A DNA stretch of 62,000 nt, from positions 15,086,001 to 15,148,000 of the forward strand of contig OX597825.1 of assembly GCA_951406725.2 (NCBI GenBank), given 5' to 3'. Under the pieces are notes generated by a model. That model saw only the letters and a program-made list of their open reading frames with translations, was not told the origin of the DNA and made no database searches. This document shows positions 58,473-62,000 of the stretch, one piece after another. The position numbers and the translations under genes are program-made. Each line of letters starts with the position of its first letter. Positions within the stretch are counted from its first letter, which is position 1. Source of the stretch: Octopus vulgaris (Eukaryota).

Positions 58473-59122
58473 TTTCAGCAATTTCTATGAAATACACTCC
58501 TTGAGCATAAACAAAAATCCTCTTCCCGGTTGACAATAACGTATATGTCAGATTGTTGCATAAGTTCTAACCGTTTTGATAAAAGAAACCGGAAAGGTTT
58601 CAAATGATTTCATCAGCATCTGCTTCTCCCAAAAAGCATTCTTTCGATAAAAACACGTTGATCTCATAAGTGTAACGTGGTGGAAATATACGTAATTACC
58701 AAACTTTTATTCATAAGACCATTTAGTATTTCCCTTTTTTTTGTTTTTTTCTTTGTTTTTTTTTTTGCATTTCAGTTAATACATTTGTACCCCAAATTGC
58801 GCACAAGCGCATATGTAAAATGACGTTCATTATTATTATTTTTTTATCATTCTTTCCTGATATCAAAATAAGAAGTATATTGAAAAATTAAATATAAAAA
58901 TTGAGCGGGGAGTTGTGATACTAAGGGTCAAAAATGGGCGTTTGGCCAAAATGGGTGGAGAACCTTTGGACTAGAATAACATGAAATAAAGTGTCTCGCT
59001 GAAGAACAAAACGTGCCACCGGGAAACGAACTCACCACCCTACGATCATTAGCCGAACACCATATCCACTAAGCCAGGAACCTTCTACTGCAATAACGAT
59101 AATATTGATAATGCTGCTGATG

Positions 59123-59511
59123 GGATGGAAGCACACCGTCGGTTACGACGATGAGGGTTCCGGTTGATCAGAATCAACGGAACAGCATGCTCGTGAAATT
59201 AACGTGTAAGTGGCTGAGCACTCCACAGACACGTGTACCCTTAACGTAGTTCTCGGGGATATTCAGCGTGACACAGAGAGTGACAAGGCCGGACCTTTGA
59301 AATACAGGTACAACAGAAACAGGAAGTAAGAGTGAGAGAAAGGTGTGGTGAAAGAGTACAGCAGGGATGACCACCATCCCTTGCCGGAGCCTCGTGGAGC
59401 TTTTAGGTGTTTTCGCTCAATAAACACTCACAACGCCCGGTCTGGGAATCGAAACCGCGATCGTATGACAGCGAGTCCGCAGCCCTAACCACTGGGCCAT
59501 TGCGCCTCCAC
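59123..59511 (-). mobile_element. SINE family C, 14-bp TSD
   Basis: TSD TAATGCTGCTGATG at 59109-59122 and 59512-59525. Confidence 0.9.
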
Positions 59512-59789
59512 TAATGCTGCTGATGATAGTGAGGGTATCCAGAGTGTTGAATGGGTTTGATGTATGGATGTTTATTGATCGTAATAAAGGTAAGAGCTGT
59601 TTAAATCATAACAGAGGTTGGTAATGTTGCAGCAGTTGACATCGATTCTATTGGATGAGGATAATGAAGATTTAGAGAGAGGGAGAGTCTTGAGGCGAAG
59701 TTTATGACAAACGATGTCGATAGGTACCGTGGGGAGGACGAGAAGAATGTTAAATAACGAATGGTTGTGAGGATAATCATGACGCCAAT

Positions 59790-60660
59790 AGAGGAGTGGT
59801 AGTAGTAGTAGTGGTGGTGGTGGTGGTGGTGGTGGTAGTAGTAGTAGTAGTAGTGGTGGTGGTGGTGGTGGTAGTAGTAAGATGAGGAGAAGGGGAGGAG
59901 GAGAGGGGAGAGGAGGGCGCGGACGAAGACCACAACGAGAAGGAGGAAGACGTGGAGGACGAGGAGGACGTGGTGGGCGAGGAGGACGTCAACGATGAGG
60001 TGGGGCAGGAGGAGAACGTGGACGACGTGGAGGACGACGAGGAGGAGGAGGGCGAGGAGGAAGACGAGGAGGAAGTGGAGGAGGAGGAGAAGGAGCGGGA
60101 GAAGGGGGGAAGAAGACATGGAGGCGTAGGAGGACGACGACGACGAGAACATGGAGGAAGGAGGAGGAGGAGGAGGAGGAGGAGGAGGACAAAGTGGAGG
60201 TGGAGCATGAGGAGAACGTGGACGACGTGGAGGACGACGAGGAGGAGAAGGACGTAGAGGAGGACGAGGACGAGGAGGAAGACGAGGAGGAGAAGGACGA
60301 GGAGGAAGACGAGGAGGACGAGGACAACGAAGTGGACGAGGAGGATCACGCGGGGGAGGTTGAGGAGGAGGACGAGGAGGAGGTTGAGGAGGAGGCTGAA
60401 GTGTTAGAGGAGGACAAGGAGGAAGGGGTACAGTAGTGGCAATGGAGTGGTTTGTGAATAATAGCCTCCGAAGGTAGTAAACTTATGTTAGCAATGATGA
60501 TGATCACCATCATAATGATGATAATGATGATGGCAACGACGAAGACGTCGACGACAATGACGACGGTACAGGTCATGATGATGGCGTACATAATGAGGAT
60601 AAAGGGGGAAGTGGAGACTGAAGAGGGGTTGAAGAGGATGATACTGGTGATCGAACTGAC
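59790..60660 (+). repeat. Low-complexity GAG/GAC/GGT/GAT trinucleotide region
   Basis: Degenerate GAG/GAC array with an internal duplication of GAGAACGTGGACGACGTGGAGGACGACGAGGAGGAG (~60012 and ~60212). Confidence 0.85.
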
Positions 60661-60922
60661 GCCATGAAGCGTTCATCAAAAATTGTGGAGAAGAGGAATG
60701 CTCTTTTATGGAAATAAATTCAGTGGTTGTGTTATTTATGTAATTTTCCAGAACAGTCCACGAATATCTCCGGTGCATGACCGACATTCTGCCAAGAATA
60801 GAGAAAAGTTCACACATAATATCACCTAAATATTTGCTTTCACAGCAATATTTACGTATATTTACTATGATCATGCATATATGCACCCAGACACATATGT
60901 AAATATATATATATAGATGTAC

Positions 60923-60958
<36 letters not shown>

Positions 60959-60965
60959 GTATGAA

Positions 60966-61115
<150 letters not shown>

Positions 61116-61185
61116 TATACATATATATATATATATACATTTACATATACATATATACATACATATATATACTTATATGGACACC

Positions 61186-61219
<34 letters not shown>

Positions 61220-61602
61220 GGTAAGTACGTGTGCACATACGTAGGTACATAGACATGTATAAAAATACTTTCCCTAATATTTTCTTACATCCTCTGATCA
61301 TAGATGTAAATATGCATATACATATATGATATGACCACACACACGTGTGTAACTACAGATGCACATATTCCATACGTTGATGTTCTGCATATGTGTGTAT
61401 GTGTGTGTGTGAGTCTACGTGTTTTGCTGTGTGTATAACTGTGTGTGTCTGTTTTGTATGTTCGTGTATGTTTGTGTTTGTGTCTGTCTATTTGTGTATT
61501 TGTGTGTGTATGTGTGTCTGCGTGCGTATGTGTATGTGTGTGTGTGTAAATGTATTTTTCCATATGAAATAATGTTCTATAATTTTTGCTTTATTACTCC
61601 AG

Positions 61603-61740
61603 AAAGATTATGTTGCTCATTCAGTGGTGACAGGTTTTACTTCGGAATTTATATTATTGGTAGATATATCAGAGGTCTTCTTGTAAAAGACTTCAAAGTC
61701 AACTTGTAAAGAACTCATCTAATTGAGGCCATAAATGTTT
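61603..61740 (+). pseudogene. Possible decayed transmembrane exon
   Basis: Acceptor TTTTGCTTTATTACTCCAG; KDYVAHSVVTGFTSEFILLVDISEVFL*KTSKSTCK (hydrophobic run then basic residues). Charged substitutions and phase 0 weaken the call. Confidence 0.25.
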
Positions 61741-62000
61741 CGTAAAGGAAGTCGCTGGAATGATTGATAAAAGAATGGCTTAGCTTGTACATTTACAAAC
61801 CAAGCCGAAACAATACTAGATGCAGCCATTGTATGGATATTCTGTCCACTTTTATCACATGACCTTTTAACCTTGTGCCATATTTTGTCTGCTTAACGAA
61901 ATATAAGTGGCAGCAGTGTGAGAATCGAATGTGTGAAGAGAGTTATTTTAGGGAAGTACATGTGAGGGGAAATATTCGAGCTATTGAGACAAATAATGTA

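Noticed and set aside
59952-60591. Acidic or Arg-rich ORFs as real genes
   Set aside because: Generated by GAG/GAC repeats in shifting frames; no splice or start context.

Overview
AT-rich eukaryotic DNA full of (TA)n/(CA)n/trinucleotide microsatellites. The SINE families are the ones I associate with Octopus (inference, unchecked). I found no intact protein-coding gene, and almost all listed ORFs are microsatellite artefacts or antisense shadows. Recognisable content: (1) about 20 copies of three or four tRNA-headed SINE families; (2) decayed DNA transposons (four mariner relics, one Tc1, one hAT fragment, a Helitron, two Helentron-like elements); (3) LINE relics (two R4/Dong-like, two RTE-derived); (4) (TA)n-anchored Penelope-like terminal repeats, including a 312-bp near-perfect palindrome carrying a consensus type I hammerhead ribozyme on each strand; (5) a chain of + strand exon-like segments with good splice sites and fibronectin type III (FN3)-like translations, broken by stops, frameshifts and insertions. 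These read as a large decayed receptor (RPTP-like) pseudogene spanning most of the window. All translations and alignments were done by eye and no databases were searched.
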